A stretch of DNA of 64,000 nucleotides, from the IMG/VR virus record IMGVR_UViG_3300020281_001556; one strand, given 5' to 3'. Numbering within the stretch: the stretch's first letter is position 1; the number at the start of each line of letters is the position of its first letter. Under the pieces are notes generated by a model. It did no database searches. It was not told the origin of the DNA and was given only the letters and a program-made list of their open reading frames with translations. Shown piece after piece: positions 63,234 through 64,000 of this stretch. A program made the translations under genes and the position numbers. The DNA is from an uncultured virus (IMG/VR IMGVR_UViG_3300020281_001556) (taxonomy: Duplodnaviria; Heunggongvirae; Uroviricota; Caudoviricetes).

Positions 63234-64000
63234 TTAGATTAAGTTAGCCCATGCACCGTTTTCGTAACCTTGGAACTTGTTAAGTGTAGTATTGTAAATG
63301 ATCATTCCATTAGCGGCTGTAAGTGCATCTCTTTCAGTAGTTGTTAAGTTACCCATTAACATTGATCCAGTAACTTTTGCATCACCTGAAACATGCAAAG
63401 TTGCATCTGGTTCAGCGGCGATGTTACCACCAATACCAACTTTACCATTTTTGTATATTCTTACATGCTGAGTATTAGTTGTTACTCCACCTGGTTGAGG
63501 AATGAATACGATTTGATTTTCTGTAACACTTATTGTTGATATTGTTGTTTTGGTTCCGTTATCATTTTTTACGAAAACCAATCTACCAACAGCATCTGTC
63601 AATCCAACTGTTCCTGTAGTGAATCTTTCATATACAACTCTTGATGCATCATCTGTTTTCTGCACATCTACTTGATCTTGAATCTTCATAGGTTTTGTTG
63701 TGCTGATCAAAGTACCACCAGCTTGTCTAGGTGAAATAGTGTTAGTTAAAACAGTATCTGCTTTTGCATTAGTAACAGTTACATCAGTTCCATTTAATGA
63801 TCCGTCAATAGCATCTACCAGTACAGTTGAGTTATCTGAAAACACTGAACCTGTCAATCCACCTACAACATATCCTGTTACATTACCTACGACATCACCA
63901 ACTACAGCACCAGTGTGCGAACCTGCTGTATCACCTGTAAGGTTACCTACAATACCACTGGAAGCAACTACAGTAGTTGTATTAACTGGACCTACTATTT
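63234..64000 (-). CDS. 3' part of a fibre-like structural protein (5' end outside the window)
   Basis: Frame is open to the window edge: GNLTGDTAGSHTGAVVGDVVGNVTG repeats, GKVGIG..PDATLHVSG, and TTTERDALTAANGMIIYNTT..FQGY..W terminal module. Confidence 0.75.
   Translation of the reverse strand, partial: IVGPVNTTTVVASSGIVGNLTGDTAGSHTGAVVGDVVGNVTGYVVGGLTGSVFSDNSTVLVDAIDGSLNGTDVTVTNAKADTVLTNTISPRQAGGTLISTTKPMKIQDQVDVQKTDDASRVVYERFTTGTVGLTDAVGRLVFVKNDNGTKTTISTISVTENQIVFIPQPGGVTTNTQHVRIYKNGKVGIGGNIAAEPDATLHVSGDAKVTGSMLMGNLTTTERDALTAANGMIIYNTTLNKFQGYENGAWANLI

Noticed and set aside
1..64000. Short ORFs in the track that are antisense or out of frame to long genes (e.g. 886..1302 +, 31300..31773 -, 51747..52283 -)
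   Set aside because: They lie fully inside well-supported genes, have no motifs or RBS, and look like shadow ORFs
1..64000. Stop-codon reassignment, as seen in some jumbo phages
   Set aside because: Coding density is near complete with the standard code, and TAA, TGA and TAG all end genes at coupled junctions
1..64000. CRISPR array, tRNA, rRNA, IS element, intron or intein
   Set aside because: Intergenic gaps are under ~80 nt; I saw no spaced direct repeats, cloverleafs, transposase, homing endonuclease or intein motifs by eye (no tRNAscan/Infernal run)

Overview
The window is part of a large, AT-rich, T4-like (myovirus) phage genome read in the standard genetic code, and it has four blocks. 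(1) 1-3.7 kb, minus strand: a late sigma factor (gp55-like) and the gp47/gp46 (Mre11/Rad50-like) recombination nuclease. The gp55-like gene and gp47 are each preceded by a near-perfect sigma70 promoter. (2) 3.8-36.9 kb, plus strand: a baseplate/tail module containing tube initiator, gp53, hub, a gp5 spike with a C-terminal GH19 lysozyme, PAAR, gp25, gp6, a 4983-aa giant wedge/adhesin and three paralogous fibres. (3) 36.9-60.9 kb, plus strand: a ~24 kb, mostly translationally coupled biosynthetic-like cluster with 12 radical SAM enzymes, 4 glycosyltransferases, a methyltransferase-like protein, SGNH-like proteins, two 2OG-Fe(II)-like oxygenases, a nitroreductase-like protein and a possible GNAT. 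(4) 60.9-64 kb, minus strand: a convergent operon of fibre, nitroreductase, membrane desaturase and a 13th radical SAM. The main candidate for an undescribed system is the radical SAM/glycosyltransferase array. Nine of its enzymes have an N-terminal (permuted) SPASM/twitch-like domain and a shared C-terminal motif. The array directly follows the tail fibre genes and carries the same late-promoter-like motif as the structural genes, which suggests a virion glycosylation and tailoring pathway (inference). All calls come from reading motifs by eye; no database searches were run.
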